From Candidatus Nitrospira inopinata (GTDB lineage Bacteria; Nitrospirota; Nitrospiria; Nitrospirales; Nitrospiraceae): a DNA stretch of 32,000 nt. Where the stretch lies: contig NZ_LN885086.1 of the NCBI RefSeq assembly GCF_001458695.1, positions 2,730,001-2,762,000 on the forward strand. The letters are read 5' to 3'. Positions 1 to 8,198 of this stretch are shown in pieces. The position numbers and the translations under genes were made by a program. The notes beneath the pieces are model-generated. The model was not told the DNA's origin and did not search any database. It saw only the letters and a list, made by a program, of their open reading frames with translations. The number at the start of each line of letters is the position of its first letter. Position 1 is the first letter of the stretch.

Positions 1-825
1 AATGAAAATAATGATGTTGCCGGCCTGCACGATTTCTTTCATCACGACCTTGAGCCGTTCTTCAAATTGGCCCCTGTACTTTGTGCCGGCCACCAACGAA
101 CCCAAATCCAAGGCAATGACCCGCCTGGATAGCAGATTATCGGGAACCTCGGACTGGACGATCCGCTGGGCCAATCCTTCAACGATCGCGGTTTTGCCCA
201 CCCCCGACTCGCCGATGAGCACGGGATTATTTTTGCTTCTTCGGCTCAGAATTTGAAGAACCCGCTCGATTTCATCCGCCCTTCCGATCACCGGATCCAG
301 TTGACCCTCTTGAGCCAACTGGGTCAGGTCACGCCCGAATTCATCCAGCGCCGGCGTATTGCTTTTCCGATCGCGCTCGCGAGGAGCGGACTTTCGCAAG
401 AAGGTCACCGTCAATTGCCGGGCGGTCAGCAAATTGGCCCCCAAGCTTCGAAGGATTTTCCCGCCGATGCCCTCTTCCTCGCGCAGCAGACCCAGGAGCA
501 GATGCTCGCTTCCGATGTGGTTATGACCCAATAATCTGGCTTCCTCGACTCCATACTCGATCACTTTTTTTACGCGCGGGCTGAAGGGGATCTCACCGAA
601 CGTCATGGTCGTCCCCCCTCCAGGGAGATTGCGCTCAATCTCGAGGCGAATTTGCTCGGTAGAAAGCCCCATTTTCTTCAAAATCATGAGGGCGATCCCG
701 TCCGCCTCGCGCAGGATGGCCAAGACAAGATGCTCCGTCCCCAGGTAATCATTCTGGTGTCGCTCGGCTTCCTCACGCGCAAGGATGATGATTTTCCGAC
801 CCTTGTCCGTAAATCGTTCGAACAT
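1..825 (-). CDS. clpC: ATP-dependent Clp protease ATP-binding subunit ClpC, N-terminal 275 codons; the gene continues past the left edge of the window
   Basis: Not in the ORF track because there is no stop in the window. My minus-strand translation from the ATG at 825-823 gives [38 protein letters not shown]... with two Clp_N repeats ([10 protein letters not shown] / [10 protein letters not shown]), then [46 protein letters not shown] (Walker A) and [26 protein letters not shown] Shine-Dalgarno lies just upstream. Confidence 0.93.
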   Translation of the reverse strand, partial: MFERFTDKGRKIIILAREEAERHQNDYLGTEHLVLAILREADGIALMILKKMGLSTEQIRLEIERNLPGGGTTMTFGEIPFSPRVKKVIEYGVEEARLLGHNHIGSEHLLLGLLREEEGIGGKILRSLGANLLTARQLTVTFLRKSAPRERDRKSNTPALDEFGRDLTQLAQEGQLDPVIGRADEIERVLQILSRRSKNNPVLIGESGVGKTAIVEGLAQRIVQSEVPDNLLSRRVIALDLGSLVAGTKYRGQFEERLKVVMKEIVQAGNIIIFI

Positions 826-897
826 CCTGCCTCCTTCTCCTGGATCCCGACCAGCGTAAGATCGCTCGCGAACAAACCATGCGAAAAAGTTGAACTA

Positions 898-926
898 ATT
901 TTAACCGCGGCATTCCCATGAGTCAA
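898..926 (-). promoter_or_regulatory. Candidate sigma-70 promoter for clpC (TTGACT-N17-TAAAAT on the minus strand)
   Basis: Plus strand reads ATTTTA (898-903), a 17-nt spacer, then AGTCAA (921-926). The reverse complement gives -35 TTGACT and -10 TAAAAT about 70 nt upstream of the clpC ATG. Confidence 0.5.
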
Positions 927-1136
927 GGTTGCTTCCGAAAGAACAGGGTCGATCATCGACAGTCTCTCTAATTCCGATTGCAGGATTGGTCATGGCTATT
1001 GCACAATTGAGCAGTGATGCGACCAGTTGTGCACACCCTCTCCTAGTCGAGAGGGAAAAAGCATCTCGATAGAGCCACTAGAGCCATTGACCTTTCCAAT
1101 AACAAAAACACCCCTCCCGCCCATTCAATTCTCTTT

Positions 1137-1997
1137 ATGAAAAGTAAAACGATCGGGCTGCTCATCAAACCAAAATCCCCTGAAATAAAACCTACTCTCC
1201 AAGGAGTTGTCGCTTGGCTGCGAGAACGGTCCATCCCTGTTCTCCTGGATACAACGGCCGCCGCCCTATTGAACGAACTCGGCGGTATTCAAAAAATACA
1301 ACTGGCCAATCAAGCCGACATCTTGCTCGTCTTAGGGGGAGATGGAACCATTCTGTCCGCCGCCAGGCTGGCTGCGGACAGAAGCATCCCTATTCTTGGC
1401 GTCAATATGGGAGGCCTTGGATTTCTGACGGAAGTGCGGCTCGACAATCTCTACGCCTCTCTTGATCGAGTGTTCGCCAACGACTTTGCGGTCGATGAAC
1501 GATTGATGCTCCAGGCCCACATCCATCGACATGGAGAAACTGTGGCGCAGGGTACCGTCTTAAACGATGTCGTAATCAGCAAAGGCACTCTGGCGCGCAT
1601 GATCGAATTGAAAATCGCGATCCAGGGCCAATTTGTCACCAATCTTCGAGCGGACGGCTTAATCATCAGCACTCCGACAGGTTCAACCGCGTATTCCCTA
1701 TCTGCCGGCGGCCCTATCATCAATCCCTCCGTTCAAGCCTTGATTTTGACCCCCATCAGTCCGCACACGTTGACCCACCGCCCCCTGATCGTTCCGGGGA
1801 ACGTTGACATTGAGGTCACCCTGACCAGCAAGGACGACGGGGCCATGGCGACCCTCGACGGGCAAGTCGGCATCGCCATGGTTCAAGGAGATACCGCGCT
1901 CGTCAGGACTTCCGATCGCCGAACCAAACTGATTCGGTTTCCCGAAAGCCACTACTATGAAGTGCTGAGGGAGAAGCTAAAGTGGGGCGACGGATGA
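1137..1997 (+). CDS. nadK: NAD(+) kinase
   Basis: 286 aa with the GGDGT motif (LVLGGDGTILSAARL), the downstream NMGGLGFLTE motif and STPTGSTAYSLSAGGPI, all typical of the NadK/PpnK family. Confidence 0.92.
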   Translation: MKSKTIGLLIKPKSPEIKPTLQGVVAWLRERSIPVLLDTTAAALLNELGGIQKIQLANQADILLVLGGDGTILSAARLAADRSIPILGVNMGGLGFLTEVRLDNLYASLDRVFANDFAVDERLMLQAHIHRHGETVAQGTVLNDVVISKGTLARMIELKIAIQGQFVTNLRADGLIISTPTGSTAYSLSAGGPIINPSVQALILTPISPHTLTHRPLIVPGNVDIEVTLTSKDDGAMATLDGQVGIAMVQGDTALVRTSDRRTKLIRFPESHYYEVLREKLKWGDG

Positions 1998-2024
1998 CGG
2001 GTCTGCTGTCGGCTTACAGGAGGC

Positions 2025-3377
2025 CTAGGCCAAGCCCCGTTCAATCACCTGAAGCATTTCCTGATTACTTGCGTACTTGAACTCCCCGATGCAGTCTGAT
2101 GTGCCTTGATGCGCTCGTTCCGCCGCTTCAAGCGCGCGCAAGCCCTGAACGGTAACGGGGCGACTCTTTCTCTCTTTCAAGATCCGATGCAACTTCTCAA
2201 GAACGAGTGAGACGGTTTCGCCAGGGACCTTCGCCGCGAGGTAGCGTTCCACGACTTCCGCGCACCAGTCACCATCCCGCTTTGCAACGCCGACGAGCCC
2301 CTCGCTTGCTTTTCTCGCCCATCCTGCCAGAAAGACACCGTCCACGACCTTCCCGGCCGATTCGTCATACGCTTGAAACAGCGCGTCGTCCGGCTCGTTT
2401 CCCGTTTTATTGGGGTTGGTCACGAAGGTGCCCCCTTTGTAGGGAAGGCCGAGCGTTTCATCCACCTTGTCACCGACGGCAAAAATCACAGCGTCGCAAG
2501 GGAATTCATAGTAGCGCTTCAATCCCACGGCAACCGTATCGTCCCCTTTTGGCTCGAGCTTGTTGTCCTCGATTTCCAGCCCCCTGACACGGTTATTCCC
2601 ATCGACAAGAATGCGCTTCGGTGACGCCAAAAACCTAAATCCCATTTTCGTGTCGCTGACCTTCGGTTCGCACTTGGTGAACTCATCCACGAGACCTTTC
2701 AATGCCTCATCGGCATTCTGCCCCACGGCGGCCATGCGATCTCTGATACGGTCGAACTCTTGATGGATTCCTTCAAGATCCATATTGGAACAGACGGCCC
2801 GAATTTCCTTCGGGTTATACTTCCGTTCAACCGGTCCGCGACGAACAATGGCAGTGACCCGCTCTATCTTTTTATAGCGAATCAACCAATGGGCGATATC
2901 GACCATCACGTCCCCGGCGCCTATCACCGCCACGTGGTTCCCCATCTCAAACGGCCGATCGCCAAAGCCCGGCAAGCGGTTGAAGTGGTAGACGACGTCT
3001 TTCGCGTGATAGACCCCTCGAGCGGAATCGCCTTCAACGCCGATGGCCTTGGTTCCCTGCGCGCCAACCGTGAACACGACGGCTGAAGCGCCGAGCCCCC
3101 GCACATCTTCAACCGTAAGATCTCTCCCGTTCCCGACCGACACATTGCCGAAATAATGGACATTCGGCTGTTCCAGCAACTCCCAGTATTGTTTCTTGAG
3201 ACCGCCGCGCAGTTTGAGCTTGGCGGGGAAAATTCCATATTCGGCCAAACCGCCGAATTTGATATCACGATTCAACACGATCACTTCATGGCCGGCTTTC
3301 GCCAACGTGCTCGTCACCGCCATCCCTGCGGGCCCGGCTCCCACGACAATGACAACATGCGATTGTTTTCCGCTCAT
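2025..3377 (-). CDS. FAD/NADPH-dependent oxidoreductase, adrenodoxin-reductase / FprA-type ferredoxin-NADP(+) reductase-like
   Basis: N-terminal dinucleotide fold VVIVVGAGPAGMA, second fold VAVIGAGDVMVDIA, and GWARKASEGLVGVAKRD resembling the GWIKRGPTGVIGTNKKD segment of mycobacterial FprA as I recall it. The length (~450 aa) fits. Start trimmed to MSGKQSH (ATG at 3377-3375) with an AAGGA Shine-Dalgarno; the track ORF begins 10 codons earlier. Confidence 0.8.
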   Translation of the reverse strand: MSGKQSHVVIVVGAGPAGMAVTSTLAKAGHEVIVLNRDIKFGGLAEYGIFPAKLKLRGGLKKQYWELLEQPNVHYFGNVSVGNGRDLTVEDVRGLGASAVVFTVGAQGTKAIGVEGDSARGVYHAKDVVYHFNRLPGFGDRPFEMGNHVAVIGAGDVMVDIAHWLIRYKKIERVTAIVRRGPVERKYNPKEIRAVCSNMDLEGIHQEFDRIRDRMAAVGQNADEALKGLVDEFTKCEPKVSDTKMGFRFLASPKRILVDGNNRVRGLEIEDNKLEPKGDDTVAVGLKRYYEFPCDAVIFAVGDKVDETLGLPYKGGTFVTNPNKTGNEPDDALFQAYDESAGKVVDGVFLAGWARKASEGLVGVAKRDGDWCAEVVERYLAAKVPGETVSLVLEKLHRILKERKSRPVTVQGLRALEAAERAHQGTSDCIGEFKYASNQEMLQVIERGLA

Positions 3378-3431
3378 GCGCTGATCCTTGCAGAGATTAA
3401 ATAGCAATCATAAAATCCAACGGCCCGCGGA

Positions 3432-3460
3432 ACTTAACACAGCGGATTGATACCTGTCAA
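3432..3460 (-). promoter_or_regulatory. Candidate promoter for the flavoprotein gene (TTGACA-N17-TTAAGT on the minus strand)
   Basis: Reverse complement of 3455-3460 is TTGACA, followed by a 17-nt spacer, and the reverse complement of 3432-3437 is TTAAGT. The -10 is weak (3/6 match). Confidence 0.3.
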
Positions 3461-3699
3461 AATACGAAACCACGAACGTCTTTCGGCTGTTCCTTGCTCA
3501 TAAAATATCGGTCGTCTAGAATGACGCAGGGCATCCGCCTCGATAGGAGGCGGGACGGCTTTTCGTTGGGAGCATTGTCTCCTTTACTGCCGTTTTCGTC
3601 GTTTTCTTCATTGTAGAAATGGATCGGTCCCGACAGACGGCAACCCTCCCTTACAGACTCATGTGCGATCCAATCACACTTGACGATGCAGGGGATCAC
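3457..3699 (-). CDS. Hypothetical small protein (80 aa, 4 Cys); the coding status is doubtful
   Basis: The only sizeable ORF in a 360-bp AT-richer spacer. It has a GTG start without a clear Shine-Dalgarno and I recognise no family. It contains an acidic/low-complexity stretch (NEENDENGSKGDNAPNE). Confidence 0.25.
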   Translation of the reverse strand: MIPCIVKCDWIAHESVREGCRLSGPIHFYNEENDENGSKGDNAPNEKPSRLLSRRMPCVILDDRYFMSKEQPKDVRGFVF

Positions 3700-3767
3700 G
3701 GCTCTGTTGCGCGTGTGTATTCATGCGGCGACCGCTGTTTTCATAAGACATCGCCTCTTGGACTTCC

Positions 3768-4709
3768 ATGCGGTACCATCGAATCACTGTCCTAGAGGAA
3801 ATCCCCCTTCGGATTCAACCCAAGCCTGACGAAGCCTTCGTGGTGCCGTCCTTCGAGTTGGCCGAAGCCTTGATCGCACGCGGAGCCGACAGCGCCCGCA
3901 TCGCCATCACCCCGCATCCGCCATCGAATGAGACCTGCTCGGGTTATGTCCGGAACGGTCCGAGCGGACCGCTGATCCCTCGAACCGCCTTTCAATTCGA
4001 CCGATCCGTTCTTGTCGTCCTACCCACGTACAATGAGCGGGACAACATCGAGGCCGTGACGCAAGCGATCGGCAAATATCTGGCGGCGGACATTTTGATC
4101 GTCGATGACAACTCACCGGACGGCACCGGTCGGATAGCGGACGAACTCAGCCGACGGCACCCCCATATCCACGTTCTTCACCGCCCCCGCAAAGAAGGGT
4201 TGGGCTCCGCCTATGTCGCTGGATTCCAATGGGCGCTGGCGAGACATTACCAGCTCGTCATCGAGATGGACTGCGACTTCAGCCACGCGCCGTGGGATTT
4301 ACCCAGACTGGTTCATCAAAGCGCGGCCGCCGATCTCGTGATCGGCAGTCGATATATCCCCGGCGGCGGTACGGAAAATTGGGACATGCGACGACGTCTC
4401 GTCTCAAAATTCGGCAATGCCTACGTCAGGTCGTTTCTGGGATCAGCGATACGAGACTGGACCGGAGGGTTCCGCTGTTTTCGGCGAGAACTGTTGGCCG
4501 CAATGGACCTTGCCGGCGTCAAGGCCAAAGGGTACGTCTTTCAAGTCGAGATGGCATGGCGGGCGATTTGTCTGGGGGCGCGAGTGCGCGAAATCCCCAT
4601 TCGGTTCCGCGATCGCACCCACGGCCGCAGCAAACTTGGCTGGCCCACAATCTATGAAGCCGTCAGAGAGGTGCCGCGCATGTCCCGGCGGCGCTTCGCG
4701 TCGAAATGA
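3768..4709 (+). CDS. GT2-family polyprenyl/dolichyl-phosphate mannosyl (or glucosyl) transferase, Ppm1/DPM1-like
   Basis: VVLPTYNERDNIEAV...LIVDDNSPDGTGRIADEL...RPRKEGLGSAYVAGF...VIEMDCDFSH...VIGSRY is the canonical GT-A DxD architecture of the Ppm1/DPM1 family. About 80 N-terminal residues precede the catalytic domain. I saw no in-frame ATG or GTG between the annotated start and the domain. Confidence 0.85.
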   Translation: MRYHRITVLEEIPLRIQPKPDEAFVVPSFELAEALIARGADSARIAITPHPPSNETCSGYVRNGPSGPLIPRTAFQFDRSVLVVLPTYNERDNIEAVTQAIGKYLAADILIVDDNSPDGTGRIADELSRRHPHIHVLHRPRKEGLGSAYVAGFQWALARHYQLVIEMDCDFSHAPWDLPRLVHQSAAADLVIGSRYIPGGGTENWDMRRRLVSKFGNAYVRSFLGSAIRDWTGGFRCFRRELLAAMDLAGVKAKGYVFQVEMAWRAICLGARVREIPIRFRDRTHGRSKLGWPTIYEAVREVPRMSRRRFASK

Positions 4710-5449
4710 TCGTTCTCGCCCGTTTTCGAATCAAAGAGATGAAAAGACGTCGGCCCAACCGATTCCGTTTTCGGCGGAGAAACGGCCAGCTTGCTCAAAT
4801 CAATGACCAACTCGTCTTTGGTATTGGCGAAGAGAGTGTCCAGCAGGCTGCTCTGCTGCTGGATCACCGCGTCGGCCGGTTCAAAGAGGAGATCAAATCC
4901 TTTGGCGGCGGTCGGTCTCATCGGGTATCGCCGGTCGTAGATCATGCCATAAGCGGGAATGCCGTAGATGATCTTCCAGTTTCCCAATATGACGTGCAGC
5001 TCCTTGCCGCGCACGTACATTCCTCCCGAGGTAACCATGCGCCGGAAAAAGGTCAGGGGCTCGCTCAGGTAAAACGTCACCCGCTCGTTGTATTGAGCCT
5101 GCTCGAACCCTTCCGCCAATTGTTCCGACAACAGCGCCACCTCTCCTTCATCAAACGCCGGAACGATCGGCGCCGTGCCTTGAATCCATTGCTGCGGCGC
5201 AATCCGATGCTCTTGAACCTTGAGCCCCGACAAAACGGCCCGCAAGACCTCTTTCCCCAACGTCGCGGGATGAGAAAAATGGCCTTGAGGCCACTCCGGG
5301 AGAACGGTCTTGTCGGTTTCCAGTCGAACGAAATTGACAGGGTCTTCATAGACAATGCGAGACGGCACATGGGGAATGGCGCATCCGGTCGTCAGCACGG
5401 CTCCGGCCACAACGAAAACCGCGCCTCGGCACATCGACTTCAAGTCCAT
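4652..5449 (-). CDS. Hypothetical lipoprotein
   Basis: N-terminus MDLKSMCRGAVFVVAGAVLTTGC has a signal peptide plus lipobox (L-T-T-G-C). A GGAGGG Shine-Dalgarno region lies upstream. I recognise no family. Confidence 0.65.
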   Translation of the reverse strand: MDLKSMCRGAVFVVAGAVLTTGCAIPHVPSRIVYEDPVNFVRLETDKTVLPEWPQGHFSHPATLGKEVLRAVLSGLKVQEHRIAPQQWIQGTAPIVPAFDEGEVALLSEQLAEGFEQAQYNERVTFYLSEPLTFFRRMVTSGGMYVRGKELHVILGNWKIIYGIPAYGMIYDRRYPMRPTAAKGFDLLFEPADAVIQQQSSLLDTLFANTKDELVIDLSKLAVSPPKTESVGPTSFHLFDSKTGENDHFDAKRRRDMRGTSLTAS

Positions 5450-5487
5450 GCTTCACTCACTCCGCCCTCCCGCTCAATCCCCCTGCG

Positions 5488-6000
5488 TCACCCCTCTTGT
5501 ACCGTCACCGTCATTTCCGCCCGTTCCAACGGATTGTCTCGTCCGTCGCGTCTCATGTTGACCACCTTGTCCACGACGTCCATTCCGCTGACGACTTCAC
5601 CGAACACGGTGTACTGCCAATCCAAAAAGTTCGAGTCGGCGACGCAGATAAAAAATTGCGAGCCGGCGCTGTCGGGATCATTGCTCCGGGCCATCGAGAC
5701 GATCCCCCGTCTGTGCGGCTTACTATTGAACTCGGCCTTGATCGTATAGCCGGGGCCGCCCATCCCGTGCAGGGAGCGATCCGATTTTTTACTGTTGGGA
5801 TCGCCCCCTTGAATCATGAAGCCGGGAATGACGCGATGAAACGTCGTGCCGTTATAAAACCCCTCCCTCGCCAGCTTCAAAAAGTTGTTCACGTGGCCCG
5901 GCGCGACCTCCGGAAAAAATCTAAGCACGATCTCCCCAATGGGAGTCCCCTTGGTGGTTACCGAGATAGTCGCCCGAACGTCTTGAGTCGAATCGGCCAT
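5488..6000 (-). CDS. ppiB: Peptidyl-prolyl cis-trans isomerase, cyclophilin type (cytoplasmic)
   Basis: FHRVIPGFMIQGGDP, SMARSNDPDSAGSQFFI and VFGEVVSGMDVVDKV are hallmark cyclophilin motifs. There is no signal peptide, and an AAAGGA Shine-Dalgarno precedes the ATG. Confidence 0.93.
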   Translation of the reverse strand: MADSTQDVRATISVTTKGTPIGEIVLRFFPEVAPGHVNNFLKLAREGFYNGTTFHRVIPGFMIQGGDPNSKKSDRSLHGMGGPGYTIKAEFNSKPHRRGIVSMARSNDPDSAGSQFFICVADSNFLDWQYTVFGEVVSGMDVVDKVVNMRRDGRDNPLERAEMTVTVQEG

Positions 6001-6037
6001 TGTTCTGATCCTTTCCTTATTCGTTTGATTTAATGCG

Positions 6038-7114
6038 TTACTCTCGAAACCGAAATGGAGGAGGCGCCGCTCCCCCTTTAAGGCCCTGATTGACGGCGAT
6101 CCAGGCCAGGCCGTCGTCGCTCCGAAACACCCCCTCGCTGGTTCCCGCGTACAGACTTCCGTCTTCGGCGCCGATCAAAGTCTGGACCGACAAGCTCGTC
6201 AATCCCTTGTTGACCGGCGTCCAGCGTTTGCCTTTGTCTTGAGTTTTAAAAACGCCGTTTCCCGTCGCAACGATCACGTCCCGCCCCCACAACACGATCC
6301 CGCGGATGGAATCATTGGGAAGAGCGCGGCTGATGGGGCGCCACGTCATTCCCCCGTCGATGCTCCGAAACACGCCGCCATCGAACGTGCCGGCCAGAAT
6401 TTCCTTTTCTTGATCGATCACCAACACGCGAATGAAGTTCTCGATCATCCCTTCATGATTTTTCAATCCATCCCGCAGGCGCTCCCAGCCGGAAGACCGC
6501 GGCACGAAACGGAGGACGCCCTTGCCCGAAGTGCCGGCGTACAATGTCCCGTCCGTGGACCGGGCCAAGGCATGGACCAGGACGTCGTCAAGTCCCGTCG
6601 CGAGAACCGACCATCGGTCATCCGCCTCATTGAGACGGTACACGCCGTCAGCCGTCCCCGCGTACAGCCCGTCATCCGTCGTCATCAGGGCCTTGACCTC
6701 CAATCGTTTGAGTCCCGCATTCACGGATTGCCAGCTCGCGCCGCTGTCTCTCGAGCGAAAGACGCCGCCGCGCAGAGTTCCGGCGTACACGGAGCCGTCT
6801 CGCACGACGATCAAACTCAGGATGAAGGGATCGGTCACGCCGCCGCCCACGGATGTCCACGTGGCGCCCCGATCGACGGTGCGAAAAATCCCATGGCCGA
6901 ACGAACCGGCATAGACCTCCCCTGTCCGGCTCATTGCCAGCGCTTGCACGCTGACGGGAAATCGATCCTGTCGTTCCACTCCGGACGTCCGTTCGACAAA
7001 AACGTCCGTCGCCACGGCTTCCGCGTCAACCGCATCGAGTGAAGGGCCGAGCAACAGGAGCCCCGCGATCACGGCCGCGCGAACGCTCGGAACAACGTGG
7101 GATCGATTCTTCAT
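6038..7114 (-). CDS. Exported seven-repeat BNR/Asp-box beta-propeller protein (Ycf48/sialidase-like fold)
   Basis: Signal peptide (AAVIAGLLLLGPSLDAVDA) followed by seven ~45-aa repeats. Each carries G-[VI]-[FY]-[RK]-x-x-D-x-G-x-[ST]-W, for example GIFRTVDRGATWTSV, GVFRSRDSGASWQSV, GVFRSIDGGMTWRPI and GVFKTQDKGKRWTPV. The start overlaps the tatC stop (ATGA at 7111-7114). Confidence 0.8.
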   Translation of the reverse strand: MKNRSHVVPSVRAAVIAGLLLLGPSLDAVDAEAVATDVFVERTSGVERQDRFPVSVQALAMSRTGEVYAGSFGHGIFRTVDRGATWTSVGGGVTDPFILSLIVVRDGSVYAGTLRGGVFRSRDSGASWQSVNAGLKRLEVKALMTTDDGLYAGTADGVYRLNEADDRWSVLATGLDDVLVHALARSTDGTLYAGTSGKGVLRFVPRSSGWERLRDGLKNHEGMIENFIRVLVIDQEKEILAGTFDGGVFRSIDGGMTWRPISRALPNDSIRGIVLWGRDVIVATGNGVFKTQDKGKRWTPVNKGLTSLSVQTLIGAEDGSLYAGTSEGVFRSDDGLAWIAVNQGLKGGAAPPPFRFRE

Positions 7115-7887
7115 CGTATTCTTGTTCCCGCCGTCCCCATCGGCAAATCAGGATCAAGCGGAAGATCCACCCGATCATCGGCGGAACGGCGACCGAAGAA
7201 TTTGGCGCCGAGTATGCCGATTTCATAGAGGAGCATCAGCGGAACGGCCATCAGCAACATCGTGAATACGGTCGCGTCCGGAGTCACCACGGCCGACACA
7301 ATCAGCGCCGCCAAAATCGCGTGCTTGCGATACCGAGCGAACGTCGTCGCCGGCACCGCTCCCGCGACCGCCAAGAGTGTCATGACCAGCGGCAATTCGA
7401 ACGCGAATCCGAAGATCAAAAGGAACTTGACGTTAAAATCGATGTAGGTCCCGACGCTGAGCTGCGGCGTCACGTCGCGATCGAGGCCGAAGCTGACGAA
7501 AAAGTCGATCACCAGAGGAAGGACGACCACGTTGCAAAACACCAAGCCGAGACCGAAGGAGCCCCCCGCCAAGCACAACAGTGGAACGGCCCATCGCCGC
7601 TCGTTGGGCAGCAGCGCCGGCGCGATGAGCCTCCAGATCTGATAAAAGATCACCGGCAGACTCAGGATGACGGCCGCGAGGAACGAGACTTTGATCGAGG
7701 CAAAGAGCGCTTCCGTGGGGCCGTAAAAGGCAAGCTGATTTCGGAAAGGCCGGTTCATCCATGCCATGATATCGGCTGAAAAGGAAAACGCGACTAACAG
7801 CCATCCGAGGATGGTCCCCCCGATCACGATCAATCGACGTTTGACGGTTTGGAGATGAACGGCAAGCGGATTGACGATCGGATCCAT
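7111..7887 (-). CDS. tatC: Sec-independent (twin-arginine) protein translocase subunit TatC
   Basis: PLAVHLQTVKRRL aligns with the E. coli TatC segment PLITHLIELRKRL. The protein has a six-TM hydrophobic profile, YQIWRLIAPALLPNERR (compare YQVWAFIAPALYKHERR) and VVTPDATVFTMLLMAVPLMLLYE. Confidence 0.93.
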   Translation of the reverse strand: MDPIVNPLAVHLQTVKRRLIVIGGTILGWLLVAFSFSADIMAWMNRPFRNQLAFYGPTEALFASIKVSFLAAVILSLPVIFYQIWRLIAPALLPNERRWAVPLLCLAGGSFGLGLVFCNVVVLPLVIDFFVSFGLDRDVTPQLSVGTYIDFNVKFLLIFGFAFELPLVMTLLAVAGAVPATTFARYRKHAILAALIVSAVVTPDATVFTMLLMAVPLMLLYEIGILGAKFFGRRSADDRVDLPLDPDLPMGTAGTRIR

Positions 7888-7934
7888 GGCGATGACTCAG
7901 GCGATGACTCAGCCGCCGGTCTGGCCGGCGGCTG
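7888..7934 (-). repeat. Perfect tandem 12-bp duplication (GGCGATGACTCA x2) abutting the tatC ATG, followed by a 10-bp GC-rich hairpin
   Basis: 7888-7899 and 7900-7911 are identical. Stem 7910-7919 (CAGCCGCCGG) pairs with 7925-7934 (CCGGCGGCTG) around a 5-nt loop. The element lies between the DUF465 stop (7946) and the tatC start (7887). Confidence 0.6.
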
Positions 7935-7945
7935 GTGGTCTCCCT

Positions 7946-8185
7946 TTAATGGGCCGCGGACTGCAATTGATCACGGTAAAGTCGAATCAGCTCGGCGAGC
8001 TTGTCTTTTTTCACCAGTTTTTCTTTTTGAATGCGTTTCTTCTCGATCTCTTCGGCCGGTGTCAGAACGTGACGCTTTTGTAATTCGCTCAACTCCAGAT
8101 CCAAGCGGTGATGGGACGCTTCCAGTTCACGAAACTCCGGATTGGATCGGCGCAGCTGCTCCACGATGAAATCATCCGTCTGCAT
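7946..8185 (-). CDS. DUF465 (YdcH-like) small coiled-coil protein
   Basis: MQTDDFIVEQLRRSNPEFRELEASHHRLDLELSELQKR...EIEKKRIQKEKLVKKDKL matches the YdcH/DUF465 pattern (NPxF..L...H..LD.EI..L). Start trimmed to the ATG at 8185-8183, which has an AGGAGG Shine-Dalgarno 5 nt upstream; the track ORF starts 22 codons earlier. Confidence 0.8.
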   Translation of the reverse strand: MQTDDFIVEQLRRSNPEFRELEASHHRLDLELSELQKRHVLTPAEEIEKKRIQKEKLVKKDKLAELIRLYRDQLQSAAH

Positions 8186-8198
8186 ATGCACCTCCTGG

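Noticed and set aside
1036-1055. 7-bp hairpin CCCTCTC-ctagtc-GAGAGGG in the clpC/nadK divergent region
   Set aside because: No gene ends nearby that it could terminate, and it has no U-tract on either strand. It is too short to interpret, though it may be part of an operator.
4706-5749. 347-aa plus-strand ORF spanning the lipoprotein and ppiB loci
   Set aside because: It is antisense to two genes, one of which (the cyclophilin) is unambiguous. Its composition is Arg-rich and low-complexity, and it crosses an intergenic gap of the opposite-strand genes.
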